DNA from: Monocercomonoides exilis PA203
Taxonomy: Eukaryota > Protista > Preaxostyla
Length of the DNA: 64,000 bases
NCBI GenBank assembly: GCA_001643675.2
Contig: LSRY02000006.1
Location: forward strand, 1,736,001 to 1,800,000
Direction of reading: 5' to 3'
In this document: positions 1 through 12,049 of the stretch, piece after piece
Layout of the letters: every line of letters begins with the position of its first letter
Position numbering within the stretch: the stretch's first letter is position 1
Made by a program: the position numbers and the translations under genes
The notes under the pieces: model-generated
Databases searched by the model: none
What the model saw: the letters and a program-made list of their open reading frames with translations, nothing else
Told to the model about the DNA's origin: nothing

Positions 1-766
1 TCATGGGAGGAATGAGAAGAAAGAGATGGCGATTGGAAGTCTTCAACAAAGAGAGCAGACAGCTGCCCAGATCCTGTTCTGGGTGGCCAATCTTGCACTT
101 CACTCCTTTGATGAGATGGAAAATGGATTATCTTCACTGGCCAATCTGAGTCCTCACATTGTTCTGTTCTCGGAGCATATGGTGATCACCATAGCCATGC
201 ACTCTGACTGCTCAACAGACTCAGGCTCATCATCCATTTCATCTTCTTCCACCATCATCACCTCTTCCTCGGACATTTCTGTGAAGAGTGAGAGGTTCAC
301 CAAATCACCACCTCCATCTTCCGCTTTTGAAGATGAAGACGATTTCAAGAAAGAGTGTCTGAGGTGGATGGCTCCGGAGCTGTTGAACGGAGCAAAGAAG
401 CATGCAACGAAGAAGACAGTGGCTTTCTCGATCGGGATGATGCTGTGGGAGTGCTTGACATTGATAATCCCCTTTGGAGAGTATGAAGCTGTGATAGCTG
501 GAGAGAAGATTGAAAAAGGAGAAAGGCCAGACATGATAAAGATTGAAGAAAGTTCGATGAAAGAGCTGGCAAAGTCATGTGTGCAGCACTGTTCAAAAGG
601 AAGATTGAGCTTGATGGATTTAAAGAGAGAGTTCATTACTCACTTTCCAAAGGGGATGACGATATTGACCGTTTCTGATGCGATTAATTTTGAGGAAGGA
701 ATGGAGAATGGCAGCGAGGCGAGCGGAAGCAGAAGAACTCAAATAGAAAGCAAACGAAGTTGTTAG
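1..766 (+). CDS. 5'-truncated duplicate of the C-terminal TKL-like pseudokinase region of the receptor gene at 3649-11540
   Basis: The 246 aa are identical to the last 246 aa of ORF 3649..7743(-). Motifs RWMAPE, FSIGMMLWE, PFGEY, GERP; TAG stop at 764-766. Confidence 0.85.
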   Translation, partial: HGRNEKKEMAIGSLQQREQTAAQILFWVANLALHSFDEMENGLSSLANLSPHIVLFSEHMVITIAMHSDCSTDSGSSSISSSSTIITSSSDISVKSERFTKSPPPSSAFEDEDDFKKECLRWMAPELLNGAKKHATKKTVAFSIGMMLWECLTLIIPFGEYEAVIAGEKIEKGERPDMIKIEESSMKELAKSCVQHCSKGRLSLMDLKREFITHFPKGMTILTVSDAINFEEGMENGSEASGSRRTQIESKRSC

Positions 767-1845
767 CAGAGTGTTTTCAATTCAAAGTCAACTTTGTCGT
801 TAAAAAAGAAAGAAAGAAAGAAAGAAATTGAAAGCTAAAAATAAATTCGTCACAAACGCATTGAATCATCAAATAAGCGGGGGGAAAAACAGCAAAACAC
901 AAATGAGAAGTGAGCATAACAAAGTCTTGTATTAACATAATTTTTGTCAGAGTTCAATAGCACTCAAAGAACAAGAGAAAGAGAAAGCGTGTACATGTGC
1001 GTGCGTGTGCGTGGGTGCGTGAGCTTGTGAGAAAATTGAAAAAGAAAACATTTCAATTTAATAAACAATTTGCTAAAAAAAAAAGAAAAGAAAAAAGAAA
1101 TAGATGAGAAAAATGAAAAGCATTGCAGGCACTAATAATATTTTCATTTAAGCACTCCACTTTCATAATCGTCTTTTCGATAAATAAACTTATTTTTTCA
1201 TCCATCTTTTTGTGGAACAAATAATAAAACGGTAAAAATGACTTTAGAAATTAAAGAACACAAATAACAAAAAAAACATCACAGTATTTACACCTGCCCA
1301 AATAATATCTATCCATATTCAAAGTATATTCTTGGTGTTTTTGATTCGTTTATTATAATAATAGTTATTATCCTGAAATTTTGTTTTAAAAAATTGTCTC
1401 AAGCAAAATACAGAATTCTATCAAACAAATCAAATTTATGTTCACTTTTATTACTTTTAGTGTCCATCCATTTTTTTTTCCGTTTCTCTCAGCTTTTCAA
1501 GAACATCAATTATTTTTTGTCTTTTCATTTTGATTTGTTTATGATTTGATCGTTTAATTAAATTAATTATTTAAAAAGGTTGAGAGCATGAAGAGAAATA
1601 TATGTATTTTCAAGGATTTTATGTGTAATGAATTAAAACTTCAATTCTCGAATTACTTTATCTTTCTTTCCATTTTTTTTTATCAATTGTATGCACTCAT
1701 TTATTTGTTGCCATCATTGCTGTGATGAAGCGTTGCATTCTTATACTCAATAAAATATTAAAAAATTATTTCATTTCAATTTTTTCATGCGAAAAATTCA
1801 TCCATTGCTCCTATTACTTCAATGAAATTGAATGAAGAGTCATAT

Positions 1846-2100
1846 GGGTTATTATTTTTGAAATCAAATTTTTTCATTCAAATTTTTCGGTTCAAAAATT
1901 AATCTTAAATGTTAACCAATGAACAGTGATAAGTGAAAAAGCTTATTTAAGACAATTTTATCTTTGATTAGGTTAAACTTTTTGTTTTCAAAACAGTTGT
2001 GACAATTTTAGCAATTGATCACAAAATCTCTTCTAAAAAACTTTTAATCTTTGTAAAATCGACACACCGAAAAAAGATATGATTTCAAAAATAATCACCC
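1846..2100 (+). mobile_element. GGGT-TIR MITE copy A (255 bp); mismatched flanks ATAT / AACT
   Basis: Starts gggttattatttttgaaatca and ends acaccgaaaaaagatatgatttcaaaaataatcaccc. Inverted copy of B; its right end marks the palindrome boundary. Confidence 0.9.
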
Positions 2101-2313
2101 AACTATAATAATTTTTGGTGTATTTGATTGAAACAAAAGATTTAAACAAGTGGGTCAAAACAAGGAACTACAATTATTTTCATTTGTGAAATTTGAACAA
2201 TGAATAATATTTTTTTGATAACAAAATTTGATGAATGAAATAGTGAACACTTTTGTTACAAAAATATATTAATTGTGATTATTTATTAAAAATACGAACT
2301 TGAGGGTAATATA

Positions 2314-4414
2314 TGGGTGATTATTTTTGAAATCATATCTTTTTTCGGTGTGTCGATTTTACAAAGATTAAAAGTTTTTTAGAAGAGATTTTGTGATCAA
2401 TTGCTAAAATTGTCACAACTGTTTTGAAAACAAAAAGTTTAACCTAATCAAAGATAAAATTGTCTTAAATAAGCTTTTTCACTTATCACTGTTCATTGGT
2501 TAACATTTAAGATTAATTTTTGAACCGAAAAATTTGAATGAAAAAATTTGATTTCAAAAATAATAACCCATATGACTCTTCATTCAATTTCATTGAAGCA
2601 ATAGGAGCAATGGATGAATTTTTCGCATGAAAAAATTGAAATGAAATAATTTTTTAATATTTTATTGAGTATAAGAATGCAACGCTTCATCACAGCAATG
2701 ATGGCAACAAATAAATGAGTGCATACAATTGATAAAAAAAAATGGAAAGAAAGATAAAGTAATTCGAGAATTGAAGTTTTAATTCATTACACATAAAATC
2801 CTTGAAAATACATATATTTCTCTTCATGCTCTCAACCTTTTTAAATAATTAATTTAATTAAACGATCAAATCATAAACAAATCAAAATGAAAAGACAAAA
2901 AATAATTGATGTTCTTGAAAAGCTGAGAGAAACGGAAAAAAAAATGGATGGACACTAAAAGTAATAAAAGTGAACATAAATTTGATTTGTTTGATAGAAT
3001 TCTGTATTTTGCTTGAGACAATTTTTTAAAACAAAATTTCAGGATAATAACTATTATTATAATAAACGAATCAAAAACACCAAGAATATACTTTGAATAT
3101 GGATAGATATTATTTGGGCAGGTGTAAATACTGTGATGTTTTTTTTGTTATTTGTGTTCTTTAATTTCTAAAGTCATTTTTACCGTTTTATTATTTGTTC
3201 CACAAAAAGATGGATGAAAAAATAAGTTTATTTATCGAAAAGACGATTATGAAAGTGGAGTGCTTAAATGAAAATATTATTAGTGCCTGCAATGCTTTTC
3301 ATTTTTCTCATCTATTTCTTTTTTCTTTTCTTTTTTTTTTAGCAAATTGTTTATTAAATTGAAATGTTTTCTTTTTCAATTTTCTCACAAGCTCACGCAC
3401 CCACGCACACGCACGCACATGTACACGCTTTCTCTTTCTCTTGTTCTTTGAGTGCTATTGAACTCTGACAAAAATTATGTTAATACAAGACTTTGTTATG
3501 CTCACTTCTCATTTGTGTTTTGCTGTTTTTCCCCCCGCTTATTTGATGATTCAATGCGTTTGTGACGAATTTATTTTTAGCTTTCAATTTCTTTCTTTCT
3601 TTCTTTCTTTTTTAACGACAAAGTTGACTTTGAATTGAAAACACTCTGCTAACAACTTCGTTTGCTTTCTATTTGAGTTCTTCTGCTTCCGCTCGCCTCG
3701 CTGCCATTCTCCATTCCTTCCTCAAAATTAATCGCATCAGAAACGGTCAATATCGTCATCCCCTTTGGAAAGTGAGTAATGAACTCTCTCTTTAAATCCA
3801 TCAAGCTCAATCTTCCTTTTGAACAGTGCTGCACACATGACTTTGCCAGCTCTTTCATCGAACTTTCTTCAATCTTTATCATGTCTGGCCTTTCTCCTTT
3901 TTCAATCTTCTCTCCAGCTATCACAGCTTCATACTCTCCAAAGGGGATTATCAATGTCAAGCACTCCCACAGCATCATCCCGATCGAGAAAGCCACTGTC
4001 TTCTTCGTTGCATGCTTCTTTGCTCCGTTCAACAGCTCCGGAGCCATCCACCTCAGACACTCTTTCTTGAAATCGTCTTCATCTTCAAAAGCGGAAGATG
4101 GAGGTGGTGATTTGGTGAACCTCTCACTCTTCACAGAAATGTCCGAGGAAGAGGTGATGATGGTGGAAGAAGATGAAATGGATGATGAGCCTGAGTCTGT
4201 TGAGCAGTCAGAGTGCATGGCTATGGTGATCACCATATGCTCCGAGAACAGAACAATGTGAGGACTCAGATTGGCCAGTGAAGATAATCCATTTTCCATC
4301 TCATCAAAGGAGTGAAGTGCAAGATTGGCCACCCAGAACAGGATCTGGGCAGCTGTCTGCTCTCTTTGTTGAAGACTTCCAATCGCCATCTCTTTCTTCT
4401 CATTCCTCCCATGA
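2314..4414. repeat. Right arm of the large inverted repeat
   Basis: Reverse complement of 1-2101. The ORF track gives identical translations for 26..766(+) and the C-terminus of 3649..7743(-). Confidence 0.97.
2315..2569 (-). mobile_element. GGGT-TIR MITE copy B (255 bp), TSD ATAT
   Basis: ~23-bp TIRs gggtgattatttttgaaatca ... tgatttcaaaaataataaccc; ATAT at 2311-2314 and 2570-2573. Confidence 0.92.
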
Positions 4415-7400
4415 AGCAGCATGAACAGCGAATCCCTCAGATCCACAATCAATTTCTCATGAGGTGATGAGCATGCGATTGCATCCACCAGATTAGACAT
4501 AGATGAAGTGGTTGGGCACATATCCTCCCCTCGAACAAATGTGGATTCTGTATCTGAAGTGTCTGTTGTTGAAGTGGATGAGATAGAAGGTGAAGGAGAT
4601 CTCTTTCTCACCTCTTCCTCTTCCTCCTTCTCATCAACCTTCTCCAGCATCCATTTGGGAATCTTGTCTGAGTCTTGGCCAAGAATGTATTCAGTGGAGC
4701 CACTCTCAGACAGAAGATGCTCCGATGACTCCGAGTGTCCCAAGCTTTTCTCATACACCCTCTTCTTGATCCTCTCTTCATTCATCTTTTCTGCCTCCTC
4801 CTCTGCTCTCCTCCACTGCGCCTCAGGCGACATCTCCATCGTCACCATCTCAAATGCCTTCGGATCTTTTCTGATATTATCATTCACAATCACCTCCAGC
4901 TCTTCTGTCCTTCTCTTTTGCTTCCTCCATCTAATAGTGACAACAATGGATACAATTAGAACAACAAAAAACAAAATTGCAAAAACCACAATTACAATCA
5001 TTGTCCATGACGATTTCTTTTCATTGGAGCTTTGACTCATATTATCTGTGGGGCTGCTGTCATCTCTTTTTTTGCTGGCATTCTTTAGCACAATCTCCGA
5101 TGTAGAATGAAAGTTTGGTGCCTCGCCAAACATAATTGCAACAATTAGTTCTGTGTCATCTGACATGTCTCTCACTTTTGCTGCAGAAATGTCTGAACAA
5201 AGCACTGACTCATTCACAAAGCCTTCACCTTCGAATGGATACTTCTCAATCATTTCTTCATCGAATCTTGCATATATAAGCTGAAGTTGCAGATTGCAGG
5301 GAAGGAAAAGAGCTCCAACAAATGTTAATTGTGCTTTGTTTTCATCCAGCTCCATTTCTACAGAATCAAGGATTGGGATGAAAAACGGCGATAACCTCTC
5401 AGCTGCTATCCCATCCAGAGTGCACCCGTCGCTTAATACCCACAATGATGTATTGTCCCTCAGCCCATCTCCTCCTTTCAGACTCGAAACCATTAGCTCA
5501 CCCGAATCACCACAAAGGATATTGCGGCGAGCAGATGGATATCCTCTGATTGATGGGTTGTTATCTTTGAACATTCCCATCTCAACTGTCATACGTCCCC
5601 CAGATACAGACAGCCCTCCTTCACATGAATTTGAAATCACAGTGTCTTTCATTGCAACAAAACTATTTCTCGTCCAGACCAAAGATCCGTTCCACAAACA
5701 TAGTCCTTCATTCTTTTCGTTTTGTTGGTTCAATACCTCTCGGCTATCTGGGTCACTATGTTCTCCAACAAACGAGCACGTTTTTATTTCCACATTCAAA
5801 CAAAAAGCAAACAAAACAGCACTTCCAAGAGTCGAAGACAATGAGCGAGCTTTGAATGAGCAGTTCGATAAATTGATCAGTTCTTTTGAGGAAGCGGAGA
5901 TCGCACAAACGTTTGAGCCATATCTCGAAACATTTGAAAATAAACACTGAGATATATCGACAATGCATACATCCTGAGAATTTATCGAATTCTCATGTGG
6001 ATCAACGATGCTGATGCAGCTTCCATCCTGAAGAGCCACATTCTCAATTGATAATTGCTCGAATGAGATATTTGCAGTTCGCGAAAAAGCACCTATGATT
6101 GCTTTTCCAGAAGCAAATGAGAGACCGGAAACGTTGGTGCGGGAGATTGCAAGATGCTTTCCATTTTGAACAATAAGCGTCATCGACAGCTCAGGCATAG
6201 TGGAGACGGAGGGCAAGTCTGATGCACAAAATGAGCAAGACTGAATTGAAAGCGATCCGCTTTTAATGAGAATGAACGAAGAGTGTTTTGAGGAAAATGG
6301 TGACGGAAACGAGAATTTGAGGAGAGATATTGTTACACATTCTGATGTGACCACGAGCTCATTTCGTGTTGCTGGAATCTCAGAAAAAACATTCACTTTG
6401 GACGGAAGTGAACCTTTCGACAAGAGCGTCATATCACTCAGCTCGGTCTCTCCCTGCACCAGCGAACAATTGTCAACATACATCATACTCACAAATTCGT
6501 GGGACAAATGGCTTATTGCATAGTCAATTGACTTGCATGGATATGATGGCGGCCCACACTGCCTGTCATTCTTCCCTCCGTTCGATGGTAATGAGGAAAC
6601 AACAATCATGTCTGCCATATACACAGTTATCAGATTGATCAAATCAAATGGTGTCTCAGAATGCTCGCCACTATCAATGCCATATATTGCATTTTCCTTG
6701 ACATATCCCTTCTGCGATAGGACAAGCCTGAATTGTGTCTCATTGATCTGATTTTCAATGTTTATGCACTCAACAAACACATCATTCCCCACCTGTGCCA
6801 CGTTGCGTTTGAACAGCACATTATCAAAAAAGAAGTTCAGTTCTCCACTCAGCGTACTCTTTATATATGCGCCACCACCTCTTCCATTCGCAACAGAACA
6901 GCTTGTTTGAATGACCTTTGAATCATGAAGTGCAAACGATCCCTCTTCATCAAGCACAAACAGCATCCCTCCTCCTTTCTCTGACAACGTTGTGTTGCAC
7001 TGCTCAAAAACTGTTCCATTTATTGTCAGTTGCACATTGTCTCCATGTGCACTTTCAACAACACTGCATCTGTTTCCATCACCAGACACGCACAAAAATG
7101 ATCCATCCTCTACGTTTACGACTGTTGCATTATTTGCTCCTCTACCTTCGGTGCTTTCTATCATTATCAAGCATCCGTTTCTCATTTGCACTTCGGTGGC
7201 AGTGAGCCCTTTCATGGTGCAAGTACTTCCGCTCCTCAAGCGAAACACTTCTCGGCCAAGTGTCATGTGCCCCACAGTCACTATGTTCACATCAAGCTTC
7301 CCTTTCACCAACAGCACAAAGCAACAATCACATTCCTCATGCTCTTGCACATCTGCTTCAAACAAGCAATCTGAAAGCATCAGTATTCCAGCTTCATTAA

Positions 7401-10400
7401 CAACTATTGCACTCGAACCTCCTCCATTTATTTTTCTCAATGACAAAACAACAAGGCCAAAAAACATCTCCCCATAATTCTTTATATGGGGAGTTGCCTC
7501 TCCTCCCTCTTTGCCTTCAATTCGGATTGTCGCTTTTACCTTTTCGTCTGCCTCCCATGCCGATGAATTTATGCTACACCCGGAAAGATCAAACATATCT
7601 TCAAGCACACATTCATCATTTATTAAGATTCCACATTGTGTCATCGAATGATTAATATGTTTTGTTGCCATCCACAGAGACTGGCATGGATATTCTTTGC
7701 TTCCGCACGATACAATATCGATTCCATTGCCAGAGACACACACAATATCAGATGAAAAGTTTATTAAAAATCTCAGAAGATTGATTTCTCCCAGTTTTGG
7801 ATCTGCACCATCGAAGAGGTCACTGTCATTTTTCCCGATTCATATTCAAATGCAAAAGAAACAGTCGAAATTGTGTGGTTAAGATCGCTCGAATAAATAT
7901 ACATATTCTTTCCATGGCCAGCTTTGTTTTTTGTAAATACTACAGAACTAAAAGAGTACGTTGTTGTTGGTTCTTCGAAGCAAGCATAAAGGCCTCCTCC
8001 TTTCCCGCTTTCTTCATTCACGCTGGATTCATTAAATGTGCAACTTGAAAAGAAGAATGAACTCCTTTCGCCAATCGTTATGGCACAGCTTCCGCCTTTG
8101 CTTTCTTCCTCAGCACAGCTTGTCTGCTCAAAAAAACATCTCTCTGCATTGATAAACTTTCCAGCTCCAATTGTTGCCTGCACTGCTCCTCCACCTCCTT
8201 CCATCCTCTTCAAATTCTTAAACGAGCTGTTCAACAATGTTAATTTCGATTCCAAATGAATCACGCCGCAACAATCAAAGTTCATGTTGCAAAACATGCT
8301 GTTGTTTATCAATCCTGTTCCACTAGCCCCCATAGATATCATCCCATTTGCGCTGCTTGTCCCTCCTCCGGCAATTTTCAACCCATCAACAGTCATTGCT
8401 CCATCTCCCTCAAATTCAATCATTCCCGCCCCCTTGAACATTACTGATTGAGAATTCTCCACCTCAAAATTCGTGATGTTCAAAGTTCCTCCGCATATTC
8501 GAAGAAGCGAGTACTCAACAAAAGTTGTGAGTTCATTCATTTTCATTGAGCACCCAACAAGAGTTAGAGCGCTTCCGTCACATTCAAAGAATGTGGTTCT
8601 TCCGCTTAGAGACGCGTTCAATGCAAATGTCATCTTTGTCATGCTGACTGTTGTGTTACTCCTTGCCAGCCAATCATGAACTTTCTCATCTCGGCATCCA
8701 ACTGCAATGTCTTCTCCGCTTCCATTCACATCAATGTTGAAAATGTGTTCTTTGAACTCCATTTCGTGTTCAAACTCAAATGTGCTCATAAACCTCAATG
8801 TCTGCTCCGGATTATCAATATTTCTCTGAACACCTCCATCAATTGTTTTGCAGGGGAAGTCTTCATATCCACATTTTGCATGATCATGATGGCTCGCTCC
8901 GCCAATATACACAACAGACGGCGGATCCCGCAAATACAACACAAGAGGGATTGCCAAGCTGTCGTTGAATGTTGATCTTTCATAACCACGAAGCTCAACC
9001 AGGCTGTTCAAGTCATATTCAAATCCAAATGATGCTGTGGATATCACAACTGACAAATCATTCCCATTCACAAAAACACAATCTCCAGCTTTGGCTTTGC
9101 ATCCTCTAAAGAATACATCTTTCAGGCAAAAGTTCTGAAAATCGTTGCTCAAATAAAGAAAAATACCTCCCCCAAGACCGTTTTCCCCTTCATCGTCGCT
9201 CATAGCCTCACATGAATCCATTCCAACTGTGTCTTTGTCTCCTGCCCCATTTCCAGCACTGAATTCTGAATTGTCTTCCATCACAACACTTAACCCTCCG
9301 CCATTTCCACCCCTGCACGAACACTCATCAACGCTCATATTCCCCAAATGCAGCTTCTCTTCATTCTTGAGAGACACCTCAAATATGCATCCATTCCCTT
9401 CAACGCGAATGATATTGTTAAACATAACATTGGCAAGCGTTAAACTATCTGGATTTCCAAACGAAAAAACTGCAGCTGCTATTCGAAAAGAGAAAAGCAT
9501 CACATCTCTGATAACTGCTTTGCCTCCAGCAACATTGATAACCGATTCCGTAAATGTGTTCAGTTGATTCTCTTCAGCCGAAATGCTGCAATCACACACC
9601 AACACCGATCCTGATGCAACCAGAACAAATGAGGAGGAAGCGTCTGATAATGAGGAATTGTGAATCAACTTGAACTTTCTGATGGTCAATGCTCCGTCGT
9701 TCTCCACTGTTATTGCAGATCCAAAATCTGGAGATGCTGACACTGTCACAGTCGTGTTGTCCTTCGATGCTCCTTCAATTTCTATCATCTTCTCAACAGA
9801 AATGGCAGTCTCATTGTAGATGCCTGCATCCACTGTCACTTGTGTTTCTGCACCAGCCAAATCACTTGCCACAATAATGCTCTGCTTCAGCGAACGGCAT
9901 TTTCGTTCTGCGGGGCCACACATTACAGTATCATTTCCGGCATCTGCAGACACATGCACTGGATTGAATGCTGAACTGAGCCACTCACTTTTGTCTTCAT
10001 CATTCCATGTCAACTGAGGCCTCGATGTTGTGTGTGTCAGGCAGCACACAAAATCCTTCTGTGTGATGATGGAAGCCCAATCACCAGACACAAAAACATC
10101 ATGCCCTTTATTGAATGCTGCTGTGTTCGATTCAAAATATAGATATTTGAAAGAGAAAAAATTCTCATATGTTAAAATGGAGTTTTTGGCTCCCACGCAA
10201 ATACCGCCACCGTTACTGTGTGACGTACATTCCAATATATAACAATCTGATATCAGAATATCTAACTCACATCTAATTCCAATTCCTCCTCCAAAACAAC
10301 ACTGTGATTCATTATTCGTTGATGTGTTATTCTTGAAAAAGCATTGTTGCACAACAACATGATTTGAGTCACGTGAATAGAAACCGCTTCCTAAATTGGG

Positions 10401-11540
10401 AACAGAATTATTATAAAAAGCACAGTTAATTACACACTTTTCTGATACTTTGCTTGTCACTATTCCCACAGTTCCACAATCTTCAGAACAGCAATTCGAA
10501 AAAACAGAAGAATTAATTGTTCCACTTCCGGAAGGAAAAAGAGAAATTGCTGAATGTCCGTAATTTTTAGTGGTTGAGCATCGTTCGAATTCACAGTTTG
10601 TCACTGTCAATTCACCACTCGAAGCAAATCTCAATGCACCACCATAATCTGAATCGTATGAAACGTCACGGAAAATAGTGTCAATGAAATTGGAATCCCC
10701 ACTTCCGGTGATTATCTGGCGGATGTTTGTGATGTTTTTTGGTGTTGATGACAAAAAAGAGCAGTTTGAGCAAAAGAAGCACAATGACTGCACAGAGTTT
10801 ATATCAGTGAAGAGTGACCCATAAAATGGTTCGTCTGTCGATACAAATGTGGAGCTTCTGATGCTTGTGTCACATTTTCGATAAGAGTTTTTGAGATCAT
10901 CCGCATGCTTTATTGAGCAGGATATGTTTGAAAAATGACAGTCCACAATGTTCACTTCAACAAATGAAATTGGCGACAGAAGAGGTTCGAAAGATGTGGT
11001 AATCAAAGAATCGAATGAAGACACTGAAATGTCCAAAATTCCTTTGGTTAATGGTGCGCAGCTTGTCAGTGGCTCAAAAATGGCAAAGGAATGACTCAGC
11101 AAGCTGGCTGTTGCAAGCGACAAATTCTCAAGCTTAACAACTCCTCCTTTCGTTTGCATAAAGTTTTTTGAAGAACATTCACATGGAGCAATCGTGCAAG
11201 CGTGCAGTGATATCAGTGAATTCTCGTCACTTGATAACACGTTGCATTTTTGGATCTGCTGAAAGAGAATGTTGCAGGATTCAAAAGAAGAATTCAGTAA
11301 ATGAAATGAGGCCAAGTTGCAGCTCACCAGACCGGAAAAATGTCTTGTTTCACTGTAATGTGCATGACATGCTTTCGCTTCCAAACGACCATTCTTTTCG
11401 ATTTGATATGTTCGGTTTGTGGATTTATTTCCAAAGTGAAATGCTGTTGACTGAAATTCTTCCGCACAGTTACCGATCAATTGCGAAGGTGCTTGAATAA
11501 ACAATAATACACACAAAGAAAATAATAAGTCATTCATCAT
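3649..11540 (-). CDS. Large type-I membrane receptor-like protein (~2,630 aa): signal peptide, Pmp/pectin-lyase-like beta-helix ectodomain, one TM helix, TKL-like pseudokinase; one frameshift near 7830-7836
   Basis: ORFs 7773..11540 and 3649..7743 join by a -1 shift (SFAFEYESGK/NDSDLFDGADPKLGEINLLRFLINFSSDIVCVSGNG). Repeated GG[A/G][I/L]..F..N and CG....PC.[S/T][I/L] motifs; TM WTMIVIVVFAILFFVVLIVSIVVTI followed by RWRKQKRR; kinase C-lobe motifs without HRD or DFG. Confidence 0.85.
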
Positions 11541-12049
11541 GAAAAATATTTATTGATCAAACCTCATCCTTTCATAATCCAAAATATTTTATTGGGATGA
11601 TATTTTATGTTTTATTTGTTTTGTTTTTTTAATGAAATAATTGAATTAATTTCTTTTTTCAATTCCAAATCTAAAAAATTTTTGTTAATATATCAAACAA
11701 ATGATTTCATAAAACAGAAAAGAAGGAAACATACGTGGTTTTCAAAAATTAAAATATATTGCCCTTATTCTAATTTTTAATAAAATTCTTCAATCTTTTT
11801 TGGTATATGAAATTTTGATTTTTTTTTTTTTGAAATTAGAAGAAATAATTTGTGAAATGAAGCGAAAATGCCAATAATAATGAATAGAAAGCTATTATTA
11901 AAAATTCATTTTGAATTTATGAAAAATTTCATTCAATTACTGGATAAAATAAGCTTTGTTATGAGTAATAAAGTGAAAATTCTGATCATCTCCGGGCAAT
12001 TGCGGAATATTGCCATCATTCATTAATATTGTTATTCCACAGGACAGTT

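Larger units (their letters stand above)
1..2101. repeat. Left arm of a large inverted repeat (palindrome); may continue left of the window
   Basis: Position n pairs with 4415-n (1/4414, 766/3649, 2101/2314). I saw one mismatch (1816 vs 2599). Spacer is 2102-2313 (212 bp). Confidence 0.97.

Noticed and set aside
987-1022. GT/GC-rich simple repeat (mirrored at ~3393-3428)
   Set aside because: A degenerate microsatellite in the 3' flank; not telomeric or CRISPR-like.
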